A DNA stretch of 64,000 nt, taken from contig OZ251997.1 in NCBI GenBank assembly GCA_965247095.1, positions 928,001-992,000 of the forward strand. Reading direction: 5' to 3'. Both the position numbers and the translations under genes were made by a program. This stretch comes from Candidatus Multivorans sp. Lineage in GTDB: Bacteria; Acidobacteriota; Thermoanaerobaculia; Multivoradales; Multivoraceae. Every line of letters begins with the position of its first letter. The stretch's first letter is position 1. Under the pieces are notes generated by a model. That model was not told the origin of the DNA. It saw only the letters and a program-made list of their open reading frames with translations, and did no database searches. Below are positions 19,264 to 29,124 of the stretch, one piece after another.

Positions 19264-20163
19264 GTGCGGTACGATCCCGCCGTGCCGATCCGGCGAACAG
19301 CGTTTCTTGTCGTTGCCGCCGCTCTCGTGGCGGCCGCTGGCGCCGGCCTGCTCGCCAGAGCCCCGGATCCGGCGCCGGCGACGCAGATCGGGGCCGTCGA
19401 CGACCGGCGCGACGCCCGCACCCGCTACCGGCGCTCCCTGCCGCCTCAGGCGATGAGGATGTTCGAGCGGTACCTGCCGCGGCCGGTCCATCCGGACGAG
19501 GTGCTGCGAGAGTTCTACTTCACCCGCCTCGCCTACAGCGGCAGGCCCTACATGGGCGGAGGCAGTTGGTCGGTCGACTTCCCGAAGGCCGACCGGCAGT
19601 TCATGCTCGGTCTCAAGCGGCTGCTCGACCAGTTGGACGCCTACGACTACGACAACGCCGTGGAGGCCACAGACCCGAAGCTCTCCCGCTTTCCCTTCCT
19701 CTACTCGGTGGAGGTCGGCCACATGATGTTGCGTGAGGAGGAGCGGGAGGCTCTGCGCCGGTACCTGCTGGCCGGCGGTTTCTGGGTCATCGACGACTTC
19801 TGGGGCAGTTGGGAGTGGGCGAACCTGGAGCGCGAGCTGTCTCTCCTGCTACCCAACTTCGCGATCGTCGAGCTTCCCCTGGACCACCCGATCTTCCACT
19901 GCTTCTACGATGTCGAAGAGATTCTCCAGGTGCCGAACGTGGGTCAGGCTGTACGTGGCGGGCCGACCTGGGAGCAGGACGGTTACACCCCGCACGTGCG
20001 GGGCATCTTCGACGACCACGGTCGCCTGATGGTGGTGATCAACTGGAACACCGACCTGGGCGACGCTTGGGAGTGGGCGGAAGATGAGTGGTACCCGGTG
20101 CGGTTCTCGCACTACGCGTACCAGATGGGAGTCAACTTCGTCGTCTACGCCATGTCGCACTGA
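19264..20163 (+). CDS. DUF4159 domain protein (secreted)
   Basis: W.VDFP.AD, LRRYLLAGGFWVIDDFWG, DHPIFHCFY, NTDLGDAWE and GVNFVVYAMSH motifs. Confidence 0.85.
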   Translation: MRYDPAVPIRRTAFLVVAAALVAAAGAGLLARAPDPAPATQIGAVDDRRDARTRYRRSLPPQAMRMFERYLPRPVHPDEVLREFYFTRLAYSGRPYMGGGSWSVDFPKADRQFMLGLKRLLDQLDAYDYDNAVEATDPKLSRFPFLYSVEVGHMMLREEEREALRRYLLAGGFWVIDDFWGSWEWANLERELSLLLPNFAIVELPLDHPIFHCFYDVEEILQVPNVGQAVRGGPTWEQDGYTPHVRGIFDDHGRLMVVINWNTDLGDAWEWAEDEWYPVRFSHYAYQMGVNFVVYAMSH

Positions 20164-20214
20164 CGCCGGCGCCGCGACCCTACGACCGCCCACGTCCGCG
20201 TCTCTTCGTTCCTG

Positions 20215-22524
20215 ATGACTGGCCTCTTCGAGTTCCTGTTCAAGTACCGGCCGTCTCTGTTCGACGAGGGCCGGTTCGCCCTCGCCGCTCCGGGCTGGAT
20301 GCAGGTGGCGGCGCTGCTTGCCGGCGGCGCGCTCGTGTTCGCCGCCTTCACCTACCGGCGGATGCTGCCGGGTCCGAGCGGCGGCGCCGAGCGCTACCGC
20401 TGGCTGCCGCCGACGCTCCGTTCATTGGCCATCGGTGTGCTGGTTCTGTGCCTGCTGCAACCTGCCCTGGTCCTGTCGACCGTGGTGCCGCAGGAATCCT
20501 TCGTCGGCGTCCTGATCGACGACTCGGGCAGCATGGCGATGCCGGACGAGGACGCTGCCGAGGACGGCACCCGGGCCGGCGCGGTCCGGGAGGCGCTCTC
20601 CGGGGCGCCGGGGTCGCTGCTGGAAGTCCTCGGGCAGCGCTTCCAGGTCCGCCAACTTGCCTTCGGCCGCGGCGCCGAGCGGATCGAGTCCATCGATCAG
20701 CTCCGGTTCGCCCGCTCTGACAGCCGCATCGGCGAGGCCCTGCGCGCGGCCTCGGACGAACTGGCGGGCCTGCCCCTGGCGGGTCTCGTCCTGCTCTCCG
20801 ACGGCGCCGACTCCGCACCGGCCGAGCTCGGTGACGCCCTGCTGGCGCTCAAGGCCGCGGGGACGCCGGTGCACGCGATCGGCCTCGGGCGGCCGCGCCT
20901 GGAGAAGGACATCGAGGTCTCCCGGGTGGTCGCCCCGCGGCGGGTGCTCGAAGGTTCAACCGTCGAGGTCGAAGTCACCCTGAGTCAGACCGGGTTCGGC
21001 GGCCGTAGCGTGAACCTCGAAGTCGAGGACGACGGGCGGATCGTGAACGTGGCGCAGGTGACCTTTCCGCGCCGGAGCTCGGCGGTCACGGCCCGGGTGA
21101 TGTTCGCGGCCAGCGCTGAGGGGGCGCGGGAGTTCCGCTTTCGGGTCGCCGGCCAGCAGGGGGAGGAACTGACGCTGAACAACGAGCGGGTGGCCCTGGT
21201 GGAAGTGACGAACAGGCAGAAGAAGATCTTCTTCTTCGAGGGCGAACCGCGACACGAGTCCAGGTTCCTGCGGCGGGCGGTCCAGTTCGACGAGAATCTC
21301 CGCCTCGTGTCGATGACGCGCCAGGCGGCGAACAAGTTCTACGGCATCAACTTCGATGAGGACACGAAGCGCTTCGACGGTTTTCCGACCCGCCGCGAGG
21401 ATCTGTTCGAGTACCAGGGCGTCATTGTGGGCAGCATGGAGGCGAGTTTCTTTACCCACGACCAGATGCGGATGCTGGTCGACTTCGCCGCTCAGCGCGG
21501 CGGCGGCGTGCTGCTGCTCGGCGCCCACAGGTCGTTCTCGGAAGGGGGCTTCGCTGGTACGCCGATCGCCGAGCTGTCGCCGCTTGTCCTCTACGAACCG
21601 CCGGCGGAAGACGGCCGTCCCGAACTGATCTACGACCTGCAACTGGAGTTGACGCCCCAGGGACGCGCCCACCCCGCAATGCTGCTGCGCGACGACCGGG
21701 CCGAATCCAACGAGCTCTGGTCGACCTTGCCGCGGCTCTCCGCGTACCAGCGGGCGACCGAACTGAAGGCCGGCGCGACCGCGCTGCTGAGGGCGGAGAC
21801 TCCCATGGTGCGCGATCCGCTGATCGCCCTGGCGCATCACCGGATCGGCCGCGGACGGGCGATCGCCTTCACGCCGCACGACTCCTGGCACTGGCAGATG
21901 AGCGCGGAGATCCCGCTCGAGGATCAGACTCACGAGCGGCTCTGGCGGCAGATGCTGCGCTGGCTGGTGTCCTACGTGCCGGACCGGGTCGAGGTCGAGA
22001 CGGACCGGGACCGGTTTGAGCCCGGCAGCACGGTGACGCTGCGCGCGATGGTGCGCGATGCGGCGTTTCGGGAAGTGAATCGGGCTCAGGTCACAGCGGC
22101 GATCGAGATGCCGTCCGGCGAGGAGGTCGAAGTGCCGCTCGATTGGTCGGTGGAGCGTGACGGGGAGTTCGTCGGCGCCTTCGTGGCCGGCGAGCGCGGT
22201 CATTACCGGGTCGAGGTGGACGCGCGGTCGGAGGGGGAACTGCTCGGTGTCGCGGTGTCGCACTTTGCCGTCGACACTCTGAACGAGGAACTCTTCGGCG
22301 CCGCTCGCCGGGACTCGGTGTTGCGGAGGATCGCCCGCGAGACCGGTGGCCGGCAGTACGAGTTGGACGAGATGGACAGCCTGGTCGAGGACCTCTCGGT
22401 CAGCCGCGAAGGCACGACCGTGCGTGAGGCGCGGGACCTCTGGGACATGCCGATCCTGTTCCTGCTGCTGGTCGTTTTCCTGGGCGGTGAATGGGCGGTT
22501 CGACGACGCCTGGGAATGGCGTGA
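20215..22524 (+). CDS. Membrane protein with VWA-like and class I glutamine amidotransferase-like domains
   Basis: N-terminal TM helices, IDDSGSM MIDAS, LLSDG, NN motif, RGGGVLLLG, GRGRA, W.W and C-terminal EWAVRRRLG anchor. Confidence 0.75.
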   Translation: MTGLFEFLFKYRPSLFDEGRFALAAPGWMQVAALLAGGALVFAAFTYRRMLPGPSGGAERYRWLPPTLRSLAIGVLVLCLLQPALVLSTVVPQESFVGVLIDDSGSMAMPDEDAAEDGTRAGAVREALSGAPGSLLEVLGQRFQVRQLAFGRGAERIESIDQLRFARSDSRIGEALRAASDELAGLPLAGLVLLSDGADSAPAELGDALLALKAAGTPVHAIGLGRPRLEKDIEVSRVVAPRRVLEGSTVEVEVTLSQTGFGGRSVNLEVEDDGRIVNVAQVTFPRRSSAVTARVMFAASAEGAREFRFRVAGQQGEELTLNNERVALVEVTNRQKKIFFFEGEPRHESRFLRRAVQFDENLRLVSMTRQAANKFYGINFDEDTKRFDGFPTRREDLFEYQGVIVGSMEASFFTHDQMRMLVDFAAQRGGGVLLLGAHRSFSEGGFAGTPIAELSPLVLYEPPAEDGRPELIYDLQLELTPQGRAHPAMLLRDDRAESNELWSTLPRLSAYQRATELKAGATALLRAETPMVRDPLIALAHHRIGRGRAIAFTPHDSWHWQMSAEIPLEDQTHERLWRQMLRWLVSYVPDRVEVETDRDRFEPGSTVTLRAMVRDAAFREVNRAQVTAAIEMPSGEEVEVPLDWSVERDGEFVGAFVAGERGHYRVEVDARSEGELLGVAVSHFAVDTLNEELFGAARRDSVLRRIARETGGRQYELDEMDSLVEDLSVSREGTTVREARDLWDMPILFLLLVVFLGGEWAVRRRLGMA

Positions 22525-23576
22525 GCTTCCGTGGGCGCACGGGACGGGTTCCGGCGGCGGCATTGGCGTGCTCGCTTGCCGTCGCCCCGCTCGCTGCGGA
22601 GAGCCACCTCCTGGTGGTGACCGGGGTTGGCGGGGAGCAGGTGTACACCGAGCGTTTCCACGCCTGGGCGACGCGGGTGGTGGAGGCCGCGCTCGAAGCG
22701 GGCCTGCGCGAGGACAATGTGGTCTACCTCGGCGAACGTCCGGATCTCGATCCGGAACGGATCCGGGCCCGTTCCACGGGCGAGAACCTGCTCTCGGAGA
22801 TCGAGACGCTCACCAAGCGGTCGAGCGCCGGCGACGACGTGTGGATCGTGCTCTTCGGGCACGGCAGTGGTTCGGCGGGTCCGCCGCGGTTCAATCTGCC
22901 GGGGCGGGATCTCGTGGCTGAGCAGTACGCCGCCGCGCTCGAGCCGCTCACGGACCGCCGCCTCGTGTTCATCAACGCGAGTTCCGCATCCGGCGGCTTC
23001 ATCGCGCCGCTGGCGAAGGAGGGGCGGGTGGTGATCACCGCCACCAGATCCGGCGCGCAGGGCAACGAGGCGCTGTTCGGCGGCTACATCGCGGAGGCCT
23101 TCGACGGCGCGGCGGGAGACCGGAACAAGGACGGCCGCACGTCCGCCCTCGAGGCGTTCGAGTTCGCTCAGCGCGAGGTCGAGCGCTACTACCGGCAGGC
23201 GGGGCAGATCCGCACCGAACACGCGCTCCTCGAGGACGACGGTGACGGTGAGGGAAGCCTGGAACCGGCCGGCGTCGAGGCCTCCAAGCCGGTCGACGGG
23301 AGGCTTGCGAGTCTCGTCCTTCTCGGCGAGGAAGCGCTTCCTCAAACACTGACGGATGAGAGCCGGGAGCTGGCCCTGCGGCGCGGCGCGATCGAGCGCC
23401 GGATCGACGAACTCCGGCTGCAGCGGGAAACGCTCGACGAGGAGGTCTACCTCAGCGAACTCCAGGATCTGATGGTCGAACTGGCCCTGGTCGACCGCGA
23501 GCTGGGGGCTGCCGGGGCGGACGGGGACGGAGAAGACGACGGTTCCGACGGCGCGAACGGAGACCCGGACCGATGA
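22521..23576 (+). CDS. Secreted caspase/peptidase C13-like (clan CD fold) protein with coiled-coil C-terminus
   Basis: Signal peptide; LFGHG, VFINASSASGGF, VITAT, DRNKDG and EHALLEDDGDG motifs; GTG start overlaps the upstream stop. Confidence 0.65.
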   Translation: MSFRGRTGRVPAAALACSLAVAPLAAESHLLVVTGVGGEQVYTERFHAWATRVVEAALEAGLREDNVVYLGERPDLDPERIRARSTGENLLSEIETLTKRSSAGDDVWIVLFGHGSGSAGPPRFNLPGRDLVAEQYAAALEPLTDRRLVFINASSASGGFIAPLAKEGRVVITATRSGAQGNEALFGGYIAEAFDGAAGDRNKDGRTSALEAFEFAQREVERYYRQAGQIRTEHALLEDDGDGEGSLEPAGVEASKPVDGRLASLVLLGEEALPQTLTDESRELALRRGAIERRIDELRLQRETLDEEVYLSELQDLMVELALVDRELGAAGADGDGEDDGSDGANGDPDR

Positions 23577-26293
23577 GCGCGAGCCTCGATGCCATCTGCC
23601 GGTGGATCGGACCGGTGGCGCTCGTTCTGGCGGTGGCCGCGTGGTCTCCCGCAGCCGTCGCGGCTCAGGACGGGCCGGTGTCGCTGGACGGCATCGAGCG
23701 GTGGATCCTGACCGGCCGCTACGACGAAGCGGTGGAGCAGCTCGAAGCGCGCGCCGACGAGGCGGGCGATCCCCGGGCGTTGAGGCTGCGCGTGGAGGCG
23801 CTGACCTCGACCGGCCGCTACGACGAGGCGGCCGCCGCGTTTGAGGGCGTCGACGCGCCGGCTCTCGGTCTCGGGGTGTTGCGGGGCAGGGTGGCGCTTC
23901 TTGTCGGCGATCGGGAGGAGGCCCGGCGTTCCTTCGCAGAGGCCCGGGCCGTCGGGGGTGAGGACGCCCTGGTCGCTTCGTTCGAACTCGCGCGGCTGGC
24001 CTGGGACCGGGGCGAGATCGAGGCAGCGACCGAAGGGTTCTACCGGATGATCGACGCCTACAACCTCGGCGCCGCCGACACGGCCGAGGAACTCGTCGCG
24101 GTGGGGCAGGCCTGCCAGTTGCTGGGGCGCGACGATCCGGAGCTGTTCAAGGACGCGCTGCGCGCCTACGACGAGGCGGTGGCGCTCGCTCCCTCCTGGC
24201 CGGCGCCTCGCATCCGGATCGGCGAGCTGTTCCTGGAGAAGTACGACAGCAGTCAGGCCCGTTCGTCGCTGACCGACGTGTTGCGGGCGAACCCGCGCCA
24301 TCCGGAGGCGTTGCTCGCGATGGCCCGAACGATGGGGTTCGACGGCGATCCACGGTCCCGGGAAGTCCTCGACTCCGCCCTCGAGGTCAATCCGAGGCTG
24401 ATTCCGGCCCGCGTGCACCGGGCCTGGCTCCACCTGGGGGCGGAACAGTTCGGAGAGGCCCGGGACGAGGCCGAGAAGGCGCTGGAGATCGATCCGGGTT
24501 CGTTCACGGCCCGGACCCTGCTGGCGGCGGCGGCGTTCCTGGAAGGGCGCGGCGAGGACTTCGCGCGTCTCCGCGACGGCATGCTGGCCGACAATCCCCG
24601 CTACGCCGATCTGTTCAACGACCTGGCCGATGCCAGCGTCAACAATCGTCTCTACCCGCAGGCGCGGGACTTCGCGGCGGAGGCCGTGCGGATCGATCCG
24701 AAGTCCTGGCGCGGCTACGGACTGCTGGGAATGAACCAACTCCGGCTGGGCGATATCGAGGCCGGACGAGCCAACCTGGAGACCTCCTTCGCGGGCGACC
24801 CCTACAACGTCTGGACCAAGAACACGCTCGACCTGCTCGACACGTTCGGCGACTACCGGAAGGTGAAGAGCGAGCACTTCGAGTTCCACATCCACGACCG
24901 CGAGGCCGACCTGCTGGCCCCCTACATGGTCGAGCTGGCCGAGGAGGCCTGGGCGACGCTCTCCGAGCGCTACCGCTTCGAGCCCCCGGCGCCGATCCGG
25001 GTGGAGGTCTATCCGTCGCACGCCGACTTCTCGGTTCGCACCGTCGGGCTGGCCGGGCTCGGCGCCCTCGGCGTGTGCTTCGGGCCGGTGCTTGCCCTCG
25101 ACTCGCCGTCGGCGCGTCAGGTCGGCCACTTCAACTGGGGCGGCACCCTCTGGCACGAGATCGCCCACACGTTCACCCTGCTCGCTACCGACGCGAAGAT
25201 CCCGCGCTGGTTGACCGAGGGCCTGTCCGTGTTCGAGGAGCGGCGGGCGCGGCCGGGTTGGGGAGACGACGTGCAGGTGCGTTTCCTCACCGCGCTGCGC
25301 GACGACGAGTTGCTCGGCATCGCCGAGATCAACGATGGCTTCGTGCGGCCCAGGTTTCCGAACCAGATCCTTTTGTCCTACTTCCAGGCCTCCCTGATCT
25401 GCGACTGGATCGAGGAGAACTACGGCTTCAACGCGATTCTCACGATGCTCGCGGGCTATCGCGACGGCAGGAGCACGGAGGAAGTGTTCGAGGAGGCGAT
25501 GTCCCTCGCCCTCGAAGACTTCGACGAACGGTTCTTCGGCCATCTCCGCGCGCGCTTCGGTGGCGCCATGGCGTCGCTCGGTGGTGCTCCTGCCAGCCCT
25601 GGCGAAGAGGAGCAGGAATCCGGCGAGGGCGGACCGTCCCGCGCGCCGACGCGGAACCCCTTCGAGCGCCGTGAGCCGAATCTCGAGCAGTTGGCGCTGG
25701 TGGCGAAGGAAAACCCGGACGATTTCAGAATCCAGATGACGTACGGCTACGCCCTGTTCCGGGAGGAGCGCTTCGCCGAGGCGGAGGCGCCGCTGTCGCG
25801 CGGTCGCGCCCTGTTCCCGGAGTACGTCGGCTCTGGAAACGCCTACACTCTGCTGGCCGAAATCTACCGGCAGCAGGAACGCGAGGAGGAGGCGACCGAA
25901 GCGCTCATGACGCTGGTGGCAAGCAACGAGATGGCCTGGGATGAGCACCTGGCTCTTGCCGAGCTGCTTGCCGGCGCCGGCCGCGACGAGCAGGAGGCCG
26001 AGATCCTGGAGCGGTCTCTCTACATCTCGCCGTACGATCTCGACGTGCATCGCCGTCTCGCCGAACTCGCCTCAGCCTCGGACCGCTTCGGGCTGGCCGT
26101 GCGCGAACGCGCGGCCCTGGTCGCGCTCGACCCGCCCGATCGCGCGGTGGCGCTCTACGAGCTGGCGCTGGCGCAGCGCAACGCGGGCCTGCCCGAGCGC
26201 GCGCGCCGGACGGTGCTGCGGGCGCTCGAGGTGGCGCCAGGGTACGACCCGGCGCAGGAACTCCTGCTCGACCTGGTGGGGGAGGGCTCGTGA
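23573..26293 (+). CDS. TPR-repeat protein with peptidase MA-like (gluzincin) domain
   Basis: Signal peptide; many TPRs; LWHEIAH...PRWLTEG zinc-binding motif. Confidence 0.82.
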   Translation: MSASLDAICRWIGPVALVLAVAAWSPAAVAAQDGPVSLDGIERWILTGRYDEAVEQLEARADEAGDPRALRLRVEALTSTGRYDEAAAAFEGVDAPALGLGVLRGRVALLVGDREEARRSFAEARAVGGEDALVASFELARLAWDRGEIEAATEGFYRMIDAYNLGAADTAEELVAVGQACQLLGRDDPELFKDALRAYDEAVALAPSWPAPRIRIGELFLEKYDSSQARSSLTDVLRANPRHPEALLAMARTMGFDGDPRSREVLDSALEVNPRLIPARVHRAWLHLGAEQFGEARDEAEKALEIDPGSFTARTLLAAAAFLEGRGEDFARLRDGMLADNPRYADLFNDLADASVNNRLYPQARDFAAEAVRIDPKSWRGYGLLGMNQLRLGDIEAGRANLETSFAGDPYNVWTKNTLDLLDTFGDYRKVKSEHFEFHIHDREADLLAPYMVELAEEAWATLSERYRFEPPAPIRVEVYPSHADFSVRTVGLAGLGALGVCFGPVLALDSPSARQVGHFNWGGTLWHEIAHTFTLLATDAKIPRWLTEGLSVFEERRARPGWGDDVQVRFLTALRDDELLGIAEINDGFVRPRFPNQILLSYFQASLICDWIEENYGFNAILTMLAGYRDGRSTEEVFEEAMSLALEDFDERFFGHLRARFGGAMASLGGAPASPGEEEQESGEGGPSRAPTRNPFERREPNLEQLALVAKENPDDFRIQMTYGYALFREERFAEAEAPLSRGRALFPEYVGSGNAYTLLAEIYRQQEREEEATEALMTLVASNEMAWDEHLALAELLAGAGRDEQEAEILERSLYISPYDLDVHRRLAELASASDRFGLAVRERAALVALDPPDRAVALYELALAQRNAGLPERARRTVLRALEVAPGYDPAQELLLDLVGEGS

Positions 26294-27102
26294 TCCTGTT
26301 GCGGAGCAGGCGCAGTGGACGCCCTGTATTGGCGGGTCTCGCCGCGCTCGCCGTGCTGGCCGGCGCCCTGTTCGCCCGCGACGACTTCTGGCGCGCCCCC
26401 AAGGTGGAGACGCCGTCCTTCCCCTACTCTGGCGGCTTCACCTTCGCCCGGATCAAGTTCGAGCCAACGCAGTGGCGCGGCGGCCCGTTCATGTGGGGCC
26501 TGGACCTCAAGTGGAACCACGACTATCCGATGGCGGAGGAGAACTTCACCCGCATAGTCGATGAAATGACTTACATCGACACGTTCACTGGCGGCGGCAA
26601 TGTGCTCGAGCTGACCGATCCGCGGCTGTTCGAGCATCCCTGGGCGTATCTCTGCGAGGCGGGCTTCTGGAACCCGACCGAGGAGGAACTCGCCAACCTC
26701 CGCTCCTACCTGCTCAAGGGTGGTTTCCTGGTCATCGACGACATCTTCGACATTCGGGGTTATCCGATCCGGTGGGAGAACGTCGAGCGGCAGATGGGTC
26801 GGCTCCTGCCCGGCTACGAACTGGTGCCGATGACTGTCGACCACCCCGTCTTCCGGGCCTTCTTCGTCCTCGAGGACATCAACTTCGATATCGAGGATCC
26901 ACGGTTCTACCCCGTGCGGGGCAAAATCTACGGCGTCTTCGAGGACAACGATCCCAGCCGCCGGCTGATGACCGTCATCAACTACAACATGGACATCGGC
27001 GACTTCTGGGAATGGTCGGAGTACGCCATCTACCCGGTGGACGTGACCCAGAAGGGCTTCAAACTGGGCGTGAACTACCTGATCTACGGCATGACTCACT
27101 GA
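26290..27102 (+). CDS. DUF4159 domain protein (second copy)
   Basis: WNHDYP.AE, LRSYLLKGGFLVIDD, DHPVF, NMDIGDFWE and GVNYLIYGMTH motifs. Confidence 0.85.
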   Translation: MILLRSRRSGRPVLAGLAALAVLAGALFARDDFWRAPKVETPSFPYSGGFTFARIKFEPTQWRGGPFMWGLDLKWNHDYPMAEENFTRIVDEMTYIDTFTGGGNVLELTDPRLFEHPWAYLCEAGFWNPTEEELANLRSYLLKGGFLVIDDIFDIRGYPIRWENVERQMGRLLPGYELVPMTVDHPVFRAFFVLEDINFDIEDPRFYPVRGKIYGVFEDNDPSRRLMTVINYNMDIGDFWEWSEYAIYPVDVTQKGFKLGVNYLIYGMTH

Positions 27103-27152
27103 ACCGTTCGGGGAGCGGCACGGACCCTTTTCCCCGCACCATGGAGAACTCG

Positions 27153-28214
27153 ATGAACGACACCCAGGATCAAGCAGCCGACGGCGCGGCAAGCGCCCAG
27201 GGCTTGACCAGCGAGAGCGACGTGGAGCTGGCGGCGCGTTTGGCGGTGGGCAGGGAGCAGATCCTGACTCAGCTCGCCAAGCAGATCATTGGCCAGGAGG
27301 AGGTGCTGGGGCAGGTGCTGATGACCCTGTTCGTCGGCGGCAACAGCATCCTGACCGGGGTGCCGGGTCTGGCCAAGACCCTGATCGTGCAGACCGTGGC
27401 ACAGATTCTCGACCTCAAGTTCGGCCGCATCCAGTTCACGCCCGACCTGATGCCGAGCGACATCACCGGCACCGACATCATCCAGGAAGACCACGACACG
27501 GGCCGGCGGGAAATGGTCTTCATGCCGGGTCCGATCTTCGCCCAGATCGTGCTCGCGGATGAGATCAATCGCACGCCGCCGAAGACCCAGGCGGCGCTGC
27601 TCGAGGCGATGCAGGAGCACCGGGTCACGGTGCAGGGCCGGACCTACGACCTGGAACAGCCGTTCTTCGTCTTCGCTACCCAGAACCCGATCGAACTCGA
27701 GGGCACCTATCCGCTGCCGGAGGCCCAGCTCGACCGCTTCATGTTCAACATCGTCATCGACCACCTGGGCGAGGACGAGGAGATGGAGATCGTCGACGCG
27801 ACGACCACGGTGCGGGAGTTCATGCTGGAGACAAAGGTCACGGGTGCCGATCTGCGTGCGTTCCACCGCCTGGTCCGGCGCGTGCCGATCGCTGATCCGA
27901 TCCTCCGGTACGCCGTCCACCTGGCGCGGATGACGCGGCCCGATACGCCCGAGGCGCCGGACTTCGTCAACCGGTGGGTGCAGTACGGGGCGAGTGTCCG
28001 CGCGGCGCAGTTCATGGTCCTCGGCGCCAAGGCGAAGGCATTGATGGACGGCCGCTACCACGTCGCTCACGAGGATGTCCGGTCCCTGGCCAAGCCGGTC
28101 ATGCGGCACCGCATCCTGACCAACTTCCACGCCGAGTCGGAGCGGATCACGACCGACGAGATCGTCTCCCGCCTGCTGGAACTCGCGCCGGTGACCGCGA
28201 GCGGCATGAGCTGA
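27153..28214 (+). CDS. moxR: MoxR-family AAA+ ATPase
   Basis: GVPGLAKT, RIQFTPDLMPSDITG, LADEINRTPPKTQAALLEAM, ATQNPIELEGTYPLPEAQLDRF motifs; GGAG before ATG 27153. Confidence 0.95.
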   Translation: MNDTQDQAADGAASAQGLTSESDVELAARLAVGREQILTQLAKQIIGQEEVLGQVLMTLFVGGNSILTGVPGLAKTLIVQTVAQILDLKFGRIQFTPDLMPSDITGTDIIQEDHDTGRREMVFMPGPIFAQIVLADEINRTPPKTQAALLEAMQEHRVTVQGRTYDLEQPFFVFATQNPIELEGTYPLPEAQLDRFMFNIVIDHLGEDEEMEIVDATTTVREFMLETKVTGADLRAFHRLVRRVPIADPILRYAVHLARMTRPDTPEAPDFVNRWVQYGASVRAAQFMVLGAKAKALMDGRYHVAHEDVRSLAKPVMRHRILTNFHAESERITTDEIVSRLLELAPVTASGMS

Positions 28215-28224
28215 CGGTGACGGC

Positions 28225-29118
28225 ATGAGCTACGGCCGGTTCGTCGACACCGAGACGCTGAGTCGGATCAGCAGTCTGGACCTGCTCGCCAAGACGGTGG
28301 TCGAGGGCTTCGTCAGCGGTCTGCACCGCTCGCCCTTCCTTGGCCGGTCGATGGACTTCGCCGAGTACCGCGCCTACCAGCCCGGCGACGACATCCGCCG
28401 CGTCGACTGGAAGCTCTTCTGTCGCACGGACCGCTTCTACGTCAAGGAGTTCGAGGCGGACACGAACACCGACCTGATGATCGCACTCGACATCTCCCGC
28501 TCGATGGACTTCGGCACCGGGGCGCTGACCAAGCTGGACTACGGGCGCTATCTCGCGGCCTGCCTGGGCTACTTCGCGTCCAAGCAGAAGGACCGCATCG
28601 GCCTGGTGACCTTCGACAGCGTGATCGTCGACTTCGTTCCACCCGCCGCCAAGCACCTCAAGGTCGCGCTGCACACGATCGACCGCATCCAGCCGGGCGG
28701 CGGAGGCAGTCTGCGCGAACCGCTGCTCGAGGTCGTGGACTCGGTGCGCCGGCGCAGCATGGTGGTCCTCATCTCGGATTTCTACGAGGATCCGGAGACG
28801 GTGATCAAGGCGGCGGCGGGGTTCCGGCACAAAGGCAGCGACGTCATCCTCTTCCACCTGCTTGATCCCGCCGAACTCCGCTTCAACTTCGAGGGCGAGC
28901 TGGACCTGCGTGACCTGGAGACGGGCACGCGGCAGGCGGTCATGCCGGACGTGCTCCGGGATCAGTACCTGGACCTGATTCGCGAGCACACGCAGACCCT
29001 CGATCGGTCCCTGGTCGAGGCGGGCATCGACTACACGCTGGTCGACACGTCGCAGCCCCTGGACGCGGCGCTGTACAGCTACCTGTCGGCGCGCCTGTAC
29101 GCCATGAAGGCGAGGTAG
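28225..29118 (+). CDS. DUF58 domain protein (VWA-like)
   Basis: GLHRSPFLG.SMDFAEYRAYQPGDDIRRVDWK, DISRSM and ISDF motifs. Confidence 0.93.
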   Translation: MSYGRFVDTETLSRISSLDLLAKTVVEGFVSGLHRSPFLGRSMDFAEYRAYQPGDDIRRVDWKLFCRTDRFYVKEFEADTNTDLMIALDISRSMDFGTGALTKLDYGRYLAACLGYFASKQKDRIGLVTFDSVIVDFVPPAAKHLKVALHTIDRIQPGGGGSLREPLLEVVDSVRRRSMVVLISDFYEDPETVIKAAAGFRHKGSDVILFHLLDPAELRFNFEGELDLRDLETGTRQAVMPDVLRDQYLDLIREHTQTLDRSLVEAGIDYTLVDTSQPLDAALYSYLSARLYAMKAR

Positions 29119-29124
29119 GGAACC

